64,000 nucleotides of DNA from a virus (Duplodnaviria; Heunggongvirae; Uroviricota; Caudoviricetes): positions 131,216-195,215 of the IMG/VR virus record IMGVR_UViG_3300049049_000146; one strand, given 5' to 3'. The notes beneath the pieces were generated by a model. It searched no databases, was not told the DNA's origin, and saw nothing but the letters and a program-made list of their open reading frames with translations. Made by a program: the position numbers and the translations under genes. This document shows positions 46,621 through 54,603 of the stretch, in pieces. How positions within the stretch are numbered: the first letter of the stretch is position 1; every line of letters begins with the position of its first letter.

Positions 46621-47207
46621 CACGATTCCTTTACGGTCTCCTTCGCGGCCCTCACGTCCATCTCGTCGCACCAATCGAACACTTCCTGAGAAGCGTTCCA
46701 GAACGCCGAGATGAGGGCCTGAGGAAGCTCGTTCGCCGAATTCAGCGCCTGCACGACGGCACGGCCCTGTTCTGCGTACTTGCGAATCTTCCAGGTCTCC
46801 CACCCCGGAGGGCAGCGGACCAGGTCACGCATGTTGTCGGTCTTATCTGCGCACTTCACGAGCTTCGCAGGGTAGCTCTTATGCGGTGCACTCTTGACCT
46901 GCATGAGGCGCTGGGCCTCGCGGTCGAGGGTGGGGTCGTCCGTGCATTCCTGGACGATTCCAAGAACACGATCGCCGAACTTGAAACGAAGCTCCTCGGG
47001 AGTCGTCTTCGTGTCTTCGAGAGTATCGTGAAGCACCGCTGCGATCAGGACGTCTTCGTCGTTGATGCCGATCTCGCAGAGAATCTGCGCTACCGCCAAC
47101 GGGTGAACGACATACGGGATCGTGGTGCGGTTCGCTGCCTTACGCTTCTGATCCTTATGCCGCAGCACAGCAAAAGAACAAGCACTGATGAATCGAGAAC
47201 TGGTCAT
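46620..47207 (-). CDS. HD-domain small alarmone hydrolase (Mesh1/SpoT-HD-like)
   Basis: H..QKRK...PYVVHP..VA.IL, AAVLHDTLEDT, IVQECTDD, AKLVK.ADK.DN.RD. Confidence 0.88.
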   Translation of the reverse strand: MTSSRFISACSFAVLRHKDQKRKAANRTTIPYVVHPLAVAQILCEIGINDEDVLIAAVLHDTLEDTKTTPEELRFKFGDRVLGIVQECTDDPTLDREAQRLMQVKSAPHKSYPAKLVKCADKTDNMRDLVRCPPGWETWKIRKYAEQGRAVVQALNSANELPQALISAFWNASQEVFDWCDEMDVRAAKETVKES

Positions 47208-47224
47208 TGTTTTCCTTTGCCCCT

Positions 47225-47241
47225 TAGCATCGGCGGACTTT
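47225..47241 (-). promoter_or_regulatory. class A promoter-like motif, copy 7
   Basis: AAAGTCCGCCGATGCTA upstream of the HD gene. Confidence 0.75.
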
Positions 47242-47257
47242 GGCCCTTAAAGCGAAC

Positions 47258-47285
47258 GAGCCCGCTGAACTCAATCAGCGGGCTC
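47258..47285. terminator. hairpin terminator after HNH
   Basis: 11-bp stem GAGCCCGCTGA/TCAGCGGGCTC. Confidence 0.6.
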
Positions 47286-47288
47286 ATT

Positions 47289-47876
47289 CTAGTAGCTGAC
47301 CTGTCCGGCTCCCGACCACTCGACCCACGGGATCCAGGGCTCAGGGAGACGTGTTGCCCAGATCACACGAGCGCCGATGGTTGGGAGATTCGTCGGGCGC
47401 GCAGGCTTACGTCGAAGCCTCATGCCCGCTTCCTCAGGCGTCCTGTCGCCCTTGCGTTCGTTGCAAGGGTAGCAAGACGTCACGATGTTTTCCCAAACCG
47501 TCTTACCGCCGTGTGATCGTGGCTTGACGTGGTCGTAGTTGAGCTTCGTCATCGGGAGCTTCGTGCCACAGTATTGGCACTCGAACCCGTCACGAGCCAT
47601 TACGTTGAATCGGCTGAACTTGATTCCATTCGACTTGGATGCAGCCTTCTTGATCGGATGCAGCAACCGAATGACTGCCGGCATCTTGATCGTCGTGCTG
47701 GGAGAGCGAATGTCGATGTCGTACTCAGACACGACTTCAGCCCTCTCATCGAAAACGAGGATGATTGCTCTCTTCCAGCTTACGATCCCGTGCGGTCGGT
47801 AAGAGCGGTCAAGAACCAACGTCCTCTGGTACACAGGTGCATTTGTTTCTGTGGCTTCCGAGGACATCATGACCAT
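47289..47876 (-). CDS. HNH endonuclease (McrA-like)
   Basis: LVLDRSY.P, FSRFNVMARDGFECQYCG, DHVKPRSHGG...WENIVTSCYPCNERKG.RTP. Confidence 0.9.
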   Translation of the reverse strand: MVMMSSEATETNAPVYQRTLVLDRSYRPHGIVSWKRAIILVFDERAEVVSEYDIDIRSPSTTIKMPAVIRLLHPIKKAASKSNGIKFSRFNVMARDGFECQYCGTKLPMTKLNYDHVKPRSHGGKTVWENIVTSCYPCNERKGDRTPEEAGMRLRRKPARPTNLPTIGARVIWATRLPEPWIPWVEWSGAGQVSY

Positions 47877-47885
47877 GCTCCTACA

Positions 47886-48305
47886 TCAGAGATATATCTT
47901 TGGCTTGTGCGTAATAAGGGTGATGAAATGGTACGCGGGCGTTTCTCCGAGCTTGCCCTCGTGAATTCGCTCGGAAGGCTCCAACCCGCGCAGGAAAAAA
48001 GTGGCTCGCGCCCGATTGATGTCAGACTCCTTGGGAGCCTGCATCTTCCCATCACTGTCCCGGAAGACAGCTACATGGTAGCTGACCTGCTTGTTGTCTT
48101 CAACGTCGCCCTTCACCTTGACGGGGTTGAGTGCAACCATGACGGTCGTCGGGTGCCCCTTCAGGCGGAACTTCGAGAAGATCTTCTCACGGACTTCCTG
48201 CTCGCCGAGCGGAAGCCATTCGTCGGTCAACTCAGCAGGCGCGAGCCCCTCAAGGCACTCGCCCACCCAGTCGCCATCAGCATCGATGGGCCAAAGTGCC
48301 GTCAT
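47886..48305 (-). CDS. hypothetical protein
   Basis: ORF track. Confidence 0.6.
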   Translation of the reverse strand: MTALWPIDADGDWVGECLEGLAPAELTDEWLPLGEQEVREKIFSKFRLKGHPTTVMVALNPVKVKGDVEDNKQVSYHVAVFRDSDGKMQAPKESDINRARATFFLRGLEPSERIHEGKLGETPAYHFITLITHKPKIYL

Positions 48306-48308
48306 GAC

Positions 48309-48596
48309 TCACTCCTCGTCGCCCTTCGTAAGCTCATCAATACGAACGATCGCCAGACCGTGCACACGAACAATCTTCGCCTTAGCGCGGTCACGAGCGT
48401 CGCGAAGAAGCTGCTTCGCCCACTTTGGTCCCAGCGTGCCGGTGTAGAACGGCTGCAGGTACGCAATGATCTCATCAACGTTACCCGCAAGAATCATGTC
48501 GGTAAGCTCGGTAACCGCCTGCTCGTCGCCAGGAATGCTCCCGCCGAGGCTAAGGCCATCACTACCAGTGCCCAGGGTGCGCTCTCCATCAGCCAT
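48309..48596 (-). CDS. hypothetical protein
   Basis: AAGGAG RBS before MADGE. Confidence 0.6.
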   Translation of the reverse strand: MADGERTLGTGSDGLSLGGSIPGDEQAVTELTDMILAGNVDEIIAYLQPFYTGTLGPKWAKQLLRDARDRAKAKIVRVHGLAIVRIDELTKGDEE

Positions 48597-48623
48597 TGAA
48601 TTTCTCCTTGAGACTACGAACCA

Positions 48624-48709
48624 TGGGAAAGGTGGGAATCGAACCCACACGCCCCTTCCGGGGCAACGGATTTTGAATCCGTCGCGTCTGCCTGTTCCGC
48701 CACGTTCCC
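48624..48709 (-). tRNA. tRNA-Leu(CAA)
   Basis: GGGAACG/CTTTCCC acceptor, ACGGA-TTCAAAA-TCCGT, long variable arm, canonical T-arm. Confidence 0.92.
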
Positions 48710-48762
48710 GAGGTGAAGGAATATGACCTATCCCATTGAAAGGTCAACCCTTCTTTACAGAC

Positions 48763-49332
48763 TTAGAAAGAGTCGTCGTCGTTTTGATCGTACGGACAAT
48801 GACGACCTGAATTTCTCGGCTCTCCGTCGCGAATCTGCGGACAGTGCTTCCAGAAGCATTCACCATCACGTCCAGCGTGACAGCGTGCTTCTACCGAGTC
48901 TTTCTTCACATGCGGGATCTTGCACTCGTTAAAAGACCTCAACCGCTGAATGGGCGCGGTTACAGGCGATTCACATGAGCGAAGCAATTCCTGGAGCGAC
49001 TGAAGGATCGTTTTGGAGACCGCACCATCTGCTGCTCGGATTACCCGACGCAGTTGCTCCGCGTACATGAATGCGTCGTCGCCACGAATGAATACGCCAG
49101 GCCAGTCGTCTCCGAAGGACATCACGCCGGTCTCGGGGCGGTTAGAAACGAATCCCTCAGGGGCTTCGCACTTCATGCCGCCGCAGCGACTACAGACGTC
49201 ACCGTATCCGGTGCCGTAGCCCGAGAATCCCGACCCCTGACATTCGATACAGGGATACATGTTCTCGTCGCAGAAATCACAGCCGACGAAGCGCTCAACG
49301 CCGTGATCCGGGCATTTCTTCTCGTCGCTCAT
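48763..49332 (-). CDS. hypothetical Cys-rich protein
   Basis: CxxC pairs; FGDDWPGVFIRGD.A motif. Confidence 0.6.
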   Translation of the reverse strand: MSDEKKCPDHGVERFVGCDFCDENMYPCIECQGSGFSGYGTGYGDVCSRCGGMKCEAPEGFVSNRPETGVMSFGDDWPGVFIRGDDAFMYAEQLRRVIRAADGAVSKTILQSLQELLRSCESPVTAPIQRLRSFNECKIPHVKKDSVEARCHAGRDGECFWKHCPQIRDGEPRNSGRHCPYDQNDDDSF

Positions 49333-49344
49333 ACGTGCCTTTTA

Positions 49345-49383
49345 CAAAACAGAAAAGGCGCCCCAGCTTTCGCCAGAGCGCCT
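49345..49383 (-). terminator. intrinsic terminator ending the TROVE unit
   Basis: AGGCGCTCTGGC-GAAA-GCTGGGGCGCCT followed by TTTCTGTTTT. Confidence 0.75.
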
Positions 49384-49392
49384 CTTCCTTGA

Positions 49393-49620
49393 TTAGTCGT
49401 CGTTCCGAAGAAGGCGGTCCGCCATCTCATCGGATATCTGAAAAGGATCAGAAGGAGCTTCGGGTTCCGAATTCCAATCGGGGCCTAACAGACTTTCCAT
49501 TCGACGGTAGAAGTCGCGCCGCGACTTATAGGCATGGTACCTAGTCAGGGCGGCGCGACAGAGCCATCCAAGAAGGAACGAAAGAACCAGCGCGAGACAC
49601 GCTACTGCGTTGCTACTCAC
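49393..49620 (-). CDS. small single-TM protein coupled to the TROVE gene
   Basis: N-terminal TM; GTGA overlap. Confidence 0.55.
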   Translation of the reverse strand: MSSNAVACLALVLSFLLGWLCRAALTRYHAYKSRRDFYRRMESLLGPDWNSEPEAPSDPFQISDEMADRLLRNDD

Positions 49621-51311
49621 TCAGCAGTCGCCTCTTCCTCCGCGGCCACCTTCATGACCGGAGGAGCAGAGAACTCGATCTTCTCGATCTCTTCGACCCA
49701 GAACTTCGCGTCCTTCTGCTTGACGAAATTCTCGATTACCGGCCACACGGCGTCGCTGAATCCGCCGATGTTCAGAATCGAGCCAGCCTGGTCGGCTGCC
49801 TGCGTAGTGGAGTTCGGGCTGATGTCGATGTTGATCAGCTTGGCGTTCGGGTTGCGGGAGCGGATCTGCTGCCAGAGCGCCTCCTTACCCGTCGTCAGCT
49901 GACGCTGACCGAAACCATAGCCCGTGTAGTACGAGCGATCTGCCCACGACTCGTTGTCCGAGATGAACAGAACGACGTCTGCCTTGTTGCCCGACTTCAC
50001 GATGTGGTCGAGAGCGAGCGACAGGTTCGTTCCACCGCCACCGAACTTACGAAGCTTGTTCGCGTTCGTCATGACGGAGTCACGCGGCTCCGGACGGTAA
50101 TTCGTGTGAAGCTGGGTATCCACAGGAATTACGTGAGCGTGACGGCTCGTACGGAGAATCGACGCCGCCACGAGGGCCGCGACATCCACGTACGTCATCT
50201 TCGAGGTCGCCGTACCACGGTTACCCGTGACCGGAGAACCCATCGAACCGGAGACGTCCGGGAAGACCCAAACCTCTCCATCGAGTGCCGGCACATTCTT
50301 CGTCGCGATTTCCATCGCGTCGTGGAGCGCGTCGATCAGCGGACGCGGAATATCCGCGCTGTCCTTCGTCATGGTGTACGCCATGAACAGCTGGTACGGG
50401 AACGCCTTGGCGCGGGCGATCTCCTCGGCGTTGCTGAGCTTCGCCGCCAGCTTCTTCACAACCTCCTTATCCTTCAGCACGCCGTGGCGCGCAAAGGTAT
50501 TGAGGTTCATCCTGACGAAGTGCCAGCCGCCATTCAGAGCGATCTCAGTCCACTGCGCAGTTCCGAGGTCCAGAGCCGTGAGCATCTGGAACGGCACCTT
50601 CGGAACAGGAGCGTTCTTCGGATCCTTCTTGAATGCCTCGAACTCGCGAACGAGGGGCGGCAGATTCTCGTTGGTCTCCCAACCCTTCTTCTCCAGAAGG
50701 TAATCGTAGAGCGCCGACTTCTGCTTATCCGAGCCGCTCTTCGGGTGCGCCAGCTTCATGAGGTCAACGAGCGAGGGGCTCTGACCCACGGAGCTACGGA
50801 AGATCGCGTGAGCGTTGTGCGACTCGAACCAGCTGGAGACGAGATTCTTGCCCGAGGTACCGAGGGACTTACGCCCCATCTGACCCGAGCGCACGATCTG
50901 GACGAAGTTCTTCACCATCTTCGCGTTGTCACACGCGATCGGGAAGACCGCCTGGAGCGTACGACGAGCGACCTCGTCGCCTGCACCCGCGCGAGCGAAA
51001 AGCATCGCGCAGAGCATGGCCGGCGTATCCTTCATGAAGGCGCTCTGACGAGCGTAGACCGCAAGCTTTCCGAGGAAAGCCGAGTCCACCTTCTGAGCGT
51101 GCTCCATGACCTGCTTCAGCTGGTCTTCAGCCGAGGTGTAGAACGTATTCGAGAACGTGCCGGTGCACGCCAGCTGCGCGAGCGCAGCCTTGCTCTCGAA
51201 CTTGAACGCTACACCACCCGCAGCGTTGCGAGTGACAGCGCCGCTCGCATCCACAGCCGCACGCGGCTTCTTCCCACGACCCGCTGAACCGAACAGATTC
51301 TTGTTTGCCAT
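49617..51311 (-). CDS. rsr: Ro60/Rsr (TROVE + vWA) RNA-binding protein
   Basis: N.AGG.AF, LAQLACTG.F..TFY, KLAVYAR, KDTP, RSGQMGRKSLG, FVRMNLNTFARHG, FPYQL, PDVSGSM, VL.ISDNESW; AGGAGG RBS at true start MANKNLF. Confidence 0.93.
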   Translation of the reverse strand: MANKNLFGSAGRGKKPRAAVDASGAVTRNAAGGVAFKFESKAALAQLACTGTFSNTFYTSAEDQLKQVMEHAQKVDSAFLGKLAVYARQSAFMKDTPAMLCAMLFARAGAGDEVARRTLQAVFPIACDNAKMVKNFVQIVRSGQMGRKSLGTSGKNLVSSWFESHNAHAIFRSSVGQSPSLVDLMKLAHPKSGSDKQKSALYDYLLEKKGWETNENLPPLVREFEAFKKDPKNAPVPKVPFQMLTALDLGTAQWTEIALNGGWHFVRMNLNTFARHGVLKDKEVVKKLAAKLSNAEEIARAKAFPYQLFMAYTMTKDSADIPRPLIDALHDAMEIATKNVPALDGEVWVFPDVSGSMGSPVTGNRGTATSKMTYVDVAALVAASILRTSRHAHVIPVDTQLHTNYRPEPRDSVMTNANKLRKFGGGGTNLSLALDHIVKSGNKADVVLFISDNESWADRSYYTGYGFGQRQLTTGKEALWQQIRSRNPNAKLINIDISPNSTTQAADQAGSILNIGGFSDAVWPVIENFVKQKDAKFWVEEIEKIEFSAPPVMKVAAEEEATAE

Positions 51312-51350
51312 AACGAACCTCCTGACAGAGACATTCAGGTAAGAGAATTT

Positions 51351-51451
51351 GAAGGGCACGCCCCTAGTGGGATTCGAACCCACACCACTCGTACTAAGCT
51401 CTCTTGTTAGAGAACGCGCTTCCCTAGCGACCCGGGGCCTCCGTGCCATTC
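51351..51451 (-). ncRNA. anticodon-less tRNA-like RNA with extended acceptor helix (Y-RNA candidate)
   Basis: GAATGGCAC..GCCCC/GGGGC-GTGCCCTTC; D-like CGCT-AGGGA-AGCG; GTTCTCT-AACA-AGAGAGC; T-arm GTGGG-TTCGAAT-CCCAC. Confidence 0.65.
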
Positions 51452-51482
51452 GGTGCATCCGCAACCTGCGAGAGCGACCCAC

Positions 51483-51579
51483 ACCCCTACTTGAATTCGT
51501 TCGGGTAGCAGGTGTACTGAGTGCCTTTTACGGTGATCGGCTCCGTTTTTCCGATGTTCTGCCCTTGAACTATAGGGGC
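51483..51579 (-). ncRNA. degenerate tRNA-like element
   Basis: GCCCCTA/TAGGGGT, TA, D-arm GTTC-AAGGGCA-GAAC, ATCGG/CCGAT stem with 10-nt loop; no recognisable T-arm. Confidence 0.4.
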
Positions 51580-51588
51580 TGAGAAAGC

Positions 51589-51653
51589 CTGGCGACAGAA
51601 AATGATGTGAGGGGTATCGGTTGCAGTGATGTACTCACATCGGCATTCGCCAG
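51589..51653 (-). ncRNA. minimal Y RNA (YrlB-like)
   Basis: CTGGCGA/TCGCCAG and GATGTGAG/CTCACATC stems; GGCGAATG matches the recalled Rsr-binding GNCGAAN0-1G motif; internal loop resembles that of the YrlA candidate. Confidence 0.75.
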
Positions 51654-51662
51654 AGAAAAAGT

Positions 51663-51798
51663 GCGGCAACAGAAGGTGATGAGTTTAGTTTTACGCGCTC
51701 TACCAGGCTGAGCTATCCCCTGATAAAGCCAGGGGAGCAGGATTTGAACCTGCGACCTCGTCCTCCCAATGGATGTAAACCCATCGAGCATTTGCCGC
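51663..51798 (-). ncRNA. yrlA: YrlA-type Y RNA (circularly permuted tRNA mimic)
   Basis: Terminal stems GCGGCAA/TTGCCGC and GATGGGTTTA/TAAACTCATC enclose T-arm (GCAGG-TTCAAAT-CCTGC), loop-closed acceptor (TCCCCTG-GCTTTAT-CAGGGGA) and D-arm (GCTC-AGCCTGGTA-GAGC), in T-AS-D order. Confidence 0.88.
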
Positions 51799-51804
51799 GA
51801 AGCC

Positions 51805-51821
51805 TACTATCGTCGGACTTT
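51805..51821 (-). promoter_or_regulatory. class A promoter-like motif, copy 8
   Basis: AAAGTCCGACGATAGTA, 6 nt before the YrlA 5' stem. Confidence 0.8.
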
Positions 51822-51908
51822 GCAGTCGACGTGCCACCAAGAAACGCAGGCGTTTCGTGGAAGGCGGGGAGTGTAGCCTATCTTCTTGGATAGGCAAGCG
51901 GATAAACA

Positions 51909-52208
51909 CTATCCGCTAGTATCAATGCGCTCGACGACGTCTTCGTAGAGAGCGCGCACCGTGAGGGCACCGAGGGTTAGATCGTCCGGAGACGACTCGA
52001 CCAGGCCACGATACTGGTGGTCGAAGAAGCCGTAGAACGCGTCGCGTGCCTCCTCGTACGTCTTGCCGTACGTAAAGATGCTGTAGCGCGAAGCAGTGAG
52101 GATGTGGTCGCCCTCACCCGTGACCTCGTATCGAGCGACTAGCTTGCCGGATACGAGCACGTATACACGGTCCCCGTATGGGATCCTATCGAACGAAACA
52201 CTGTCCAT
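51909..52208 (-). CDS. hypothetical protein (HicB-like TYGKTYEEA segment)
   Basis: IFTYGKTYEEARDAF. Confidence 0.55.
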   Translation of the reverse strand: MDSVSFDRIPYGDRVYVLVSGKLVARYEVTGEGDHILTASRYSIFTYGKTYEEARDAFYGFFDHQYRGLVESSPDDLTLGALTVRALYEDVVERIDTSG

Positions 52209-52212
52209 CGGA

Positions 52213-52281
52213 TTTGGGGCGCGGGATTCGAACCCGCATTTGCGTGCATGCAGCGCCGTCCTACCGTTGAACGAGCCCCGA
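52213..52281 (-). pseudogene. degenerate tRNA-like element (possible Cys GCA)
   Basis: Good D-arm GTTC/GGAC and T-arm GCGGG-TTCGAAT-CCCGC; anticodon arm only 3 bp around CTGCATGCA; acceptor mismatch. Confidence 0.5.
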
Positions 52282-52408
52282 CAGATGAGCCGCTAAGCAC
52301 ATCTGCTTGCTTTCTTTCCCGCCGTCAGTGGTCTTCCCCACAGCCAACCTCACATTCGGGTGAGGTGCCCTATCCCGTACGTCCGGCCGGGCCGCACAGG
52401 CAGGTTAG

Positions 52409-52482
52409 CGTCCCCGGGAGGATTTGAACCTCCGACCTGCGGTTTAGGAAACCGCTGCTCTATCCTGCTGAGCTACGGGAAC
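52409..52482 (-). tRNA. tRNA-Arg(CCT)
   Basis: GCGGT-TTCCTAA-ACCGC, canonical cloverleaf. Confidence 0.93.
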
Positions 52483-52489
52483 ACTGCGG

Positions 52490-52960
52490 TCACGTCGCAA
52501 TCTGGTACACGTGCAACGTGTGTGCGTGAAGACGCCTACCGCCATGAAGCCTAATGGCCAGCGCAGCCGTAGAAGGAATCAACGCCACACTGAAGCACCG
52601 CTGGAAACGCCCATCGAACATTCGAACACCTACAGGGATGTAAGACGTACCTCTAGAAGAGGTAATCTCCAGTACGGTGGGCTCTGCGTCACCAGTCAGT
52701 GTCTCGAACAACTCGATCAGGTAGGGTCCGCCGTCAGTATGCACAAATTCGGTTTCATGCGTACTCACGCAGAGTAGATCCAGATCCTCATCTCTATAAC
52801 CATTAAGATGGAGTAAGGATCGCGTTGCCGCTCGCGTGCGCGAGACAAAGTCACTCTGTGCCGGAAGAGTAGAGGCAAACGCAAGAGAAGGCGTAGCTAC
52901 CGTGAAAGGCAGAAGGGCCAGGACCCGATTGAACGTTGAACGCTTCATGGAGACTCCCAT
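52490..52960 (-). CDS. hypothetical protein with Tat-like N-terminus
   Basis: MKRSTFNRVLALLPFTVATPSLAFA. Confidence 0.5.
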   Translation of the reverse strand: MGVSMKRSTFNRVLALLPFTVATPSLAFASTLPAQSDFVSRTRAATRSLLHLNGYRDEDLDLLCVSTHETEFVHTDGGPYLIELFETLTGDAEPTVLEITSSRGTSYIPVGVRMFDGRFQRCFSVALIPSTAALAIRLHGGRRLHAHTLHVYQIAT

Positions 52961-52970
52961 TCAAATTCAG

Positions 52971-53270
52971 TTACCATGCTAGACCATCCTTCAACCGATC
53001 TAGCGTCTTCTTCGAGTAGGTGAATTTGTCTCGCGACCAACCTTCACTTGCCGGGTACTCTCGGATGAATCGAATGATCTGATTCTCCTCAAAGGTGAAT
53101 CGGGTCTCACGATTCCTTCCGTACCTGACCCAGGAGTTGTCTTCCTGATTGAAGCCGTTCAGGGCCCACAACCGGGAAAGCTCGGCCTTGATTTTCGTCT
53201 TGAACGCTTCGGTGCGAAACGCCATGTGAACCTCAGAGCAAGGGCAGGTGCCCGACGAAGGGGGCAGCAA
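52971..53270 (-). CDS. hypothetical protein (start probably near 53225)
   Basis: ORF track. Confidence 0.5.
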   Translation of the reverse strand: MLPPSSGTCPCSEVHMAFRTEAFKTKIKAELSRLWALNGFNQEDNSWVRYGRNRETRFTFEENQIIRFIREYPASEGWSRDKFTYSKKTLDRLKDGLAW

Positions 53271-53601
53271 CGTCCTTAGGCATCGGCTGAAGCCCGAGTA
53301 CCGTTACAGTGTTCGGCTCTACGTGATTTCTACCTTCGTCGACTACCACGGAGGCAAAGTACCAGTGCTTATCAAGCTGGTCTTTTACCGCGAGTAGCTC
53401 TTCGAGGTTCTTAGCCTTCAACACGATCTTGGCGTAGCTGGTGACCTCCCATTCCTCTACCCACTTGACGTGGTCCGTCGACCCTTTCTTGTCGACGAGG
53501 CGTAGAGCGAGGTGCACTCCGTGACCGACCTGCGCCGCAATCTTTCCCTTCGGCATACCTAGATCGGTACGCACGATGATGTATTGAACGATTTCGGACA
53601 T
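53233..53601 (-). CDS. pth2: peptidyl-tRNA hydrolase type 2
   Basis: QYIIVRTDLGMPKGKIAAQVGH, KIVLK, V.DEGRN.V.PNTVTVLG. Confidence 0.92.
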   Translation of the reverse strand: MSEIVQYIIVRTDLGMPKGKIAAQVGHGVHLALRLVDKKGSTDHVKWVEEWEVTSYAKIVLKAKNLEELLAVKDQLDKHWYFASVVVDEGRNHVEPNTVTVLGLQPMPKDVAAPFVGHLPLL

Positions 53602-53604
53602 AGC

Positions 53605-53970
53605 TCAGCAGTTCGTCAGCTTCGGTCCCTGCTCGCGCAGGCGACGAGGTTCCCACTTCTCACGAAGTTCAAGGTACCTCTTGTACTCGCGCTGCTCTTC
53701 CTCGCGGTCGGCTTCGCGCTTGTCCGCGTACCACTCGTCGACCCACTCCTGGAAAGGAAGATCGAGCTTCCTCATTTCCTGGAGATCGAAGACGTGGACA
53801 TCGAGGCTTGCCTTGTCCTCCGCATTGAGCTTCTTCGGCAGGTCGTGCCGCCAGAAATCGCAGATGTACTGGTTACAGTGCATCTCGGCCTCGGCCATAA
53901 TCGTCTCCTCATCATCAGAAGAGACAGCAAATTCACCGTGGGTGAACATGATGAAACGGGAGTGACCCAT
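53605..53970 (-). CDS. hypothetical protein
   Basis: Ends with the EYKRYLELREKWE phage motif. Confidence 0.6.
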   Translation of the reverse strand: MGHSRFIMFTHGEFAVSSDDEETIMAEAEMHCNQYICDFWRHDLPKKLNAEDKASLDVHVFDLQEMRKLDLPFQEWVDEWYADKREADREEEQREYKRYLELREKWEPRRLREQGPKLTNC

Positions 53971-54074
53971 AGCTATTACCTCCGGAAAAACTCAAACAAG
54001 GTCCAGGCAACGTAGGCTGTGATTGTCAAAGTCATGCCGACTAGACCGGCAGCCAACGCTAATGTCTCGACCAT

Positions 54075-54147
54075 TGGACGCGACAGGATTTGAACCTGCG
54101 ACCCCCGGCTTGCAAAGCCAGTGCTCTCCCAGCTGAGCTACGCGCCC
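54075..54147 (-). tRNA. tRNA-Ala(TGC)
   Basis: Canonical, G3:U70, A73. Confidence 0.94.
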
Positions 54148-54341
54148 TTAGACTTCCACTTCTGTGCGAGTTCCTTGAGAGGCTTTGTGAGCCTGTGCTC
54201 TTCAAGCATCTTTACAATGTGGCCCATACCCTTCGAATGCTTATTCGCTTCCGAGTAAGCCTTCTGAAGGCTCCCGTGTCTTTTCTTCGACCGGGCGCCG
54301 CACATCGCGGCTGTACAGTACCAAACCCACATCTCACGCAC
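54138..54341 (-). CDS. hypothetical protein
   Basis: Tiling. Confidence 0.5.
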   Translation of the reverse strand: MREMWVWYCTAAMCGARSKKRHGSLQKAYSEANKHSKGMGHIVKMLEEHRLTKPLKELAQKWKSKGA

Positions 54342-54603
54342 CCATTATCGTCTTTACAATCTGTCTCCACTCCTCCATCGACACGAAGATTAGGTCTCCT
54401 TCTTCATGTCTTACCCAACCACCGGCCTCGCGAGCCAGGGCTAGGAGAGAAGCCATTTCCGGATAGCCGATGTTTTGTAGCATGGCCTTTCCGGTAATGC
54501 AACGCCACAAAGCGAATTCCCACCCCATGACCCAATCTTCATTGTGGACACGGCGGCAAAGGGAACGCACCTCAGACATCAAGGCTTCGCGTGGTGGCAA
54601 CAT
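54334..54603 (-). CDS. hypothetical protein
   Basis: WVMGWEFALW...LAREAGGWV. Confidence 0.6.
   Translation of the reverse strand: MLPPREALMSEVRSLCRRVHNEDWVMGWEFALWRCITGKAMLQNIGYPEMASLLALAREAGGWVRHEEGDLIFVSMEEWRQIVKTIMGA

Noticed and set aside
47289-47876. HNH as an IscB/Cas9-like RNA-guided nuclease or intron-encoded homing enzyme
   Set aside because: Only 195 aa, no RuvC motifs, and not inside an interrupted gene.
51311-51482. ORF-track N-terminal extension of TROVE, plus small ORFs at 51487-51909
   Set aside because: The true start at 51311 has an AGGAGG RBS; the upstream region is better explained by structured RNAs.
52290-52408. Hammerhead ribozyme or SRP RNA
   Set aside because: CTGACGG and GAAAG only partly match the CUGANGA/GAAA core, and the SRP domain IV motif is not properly formed.
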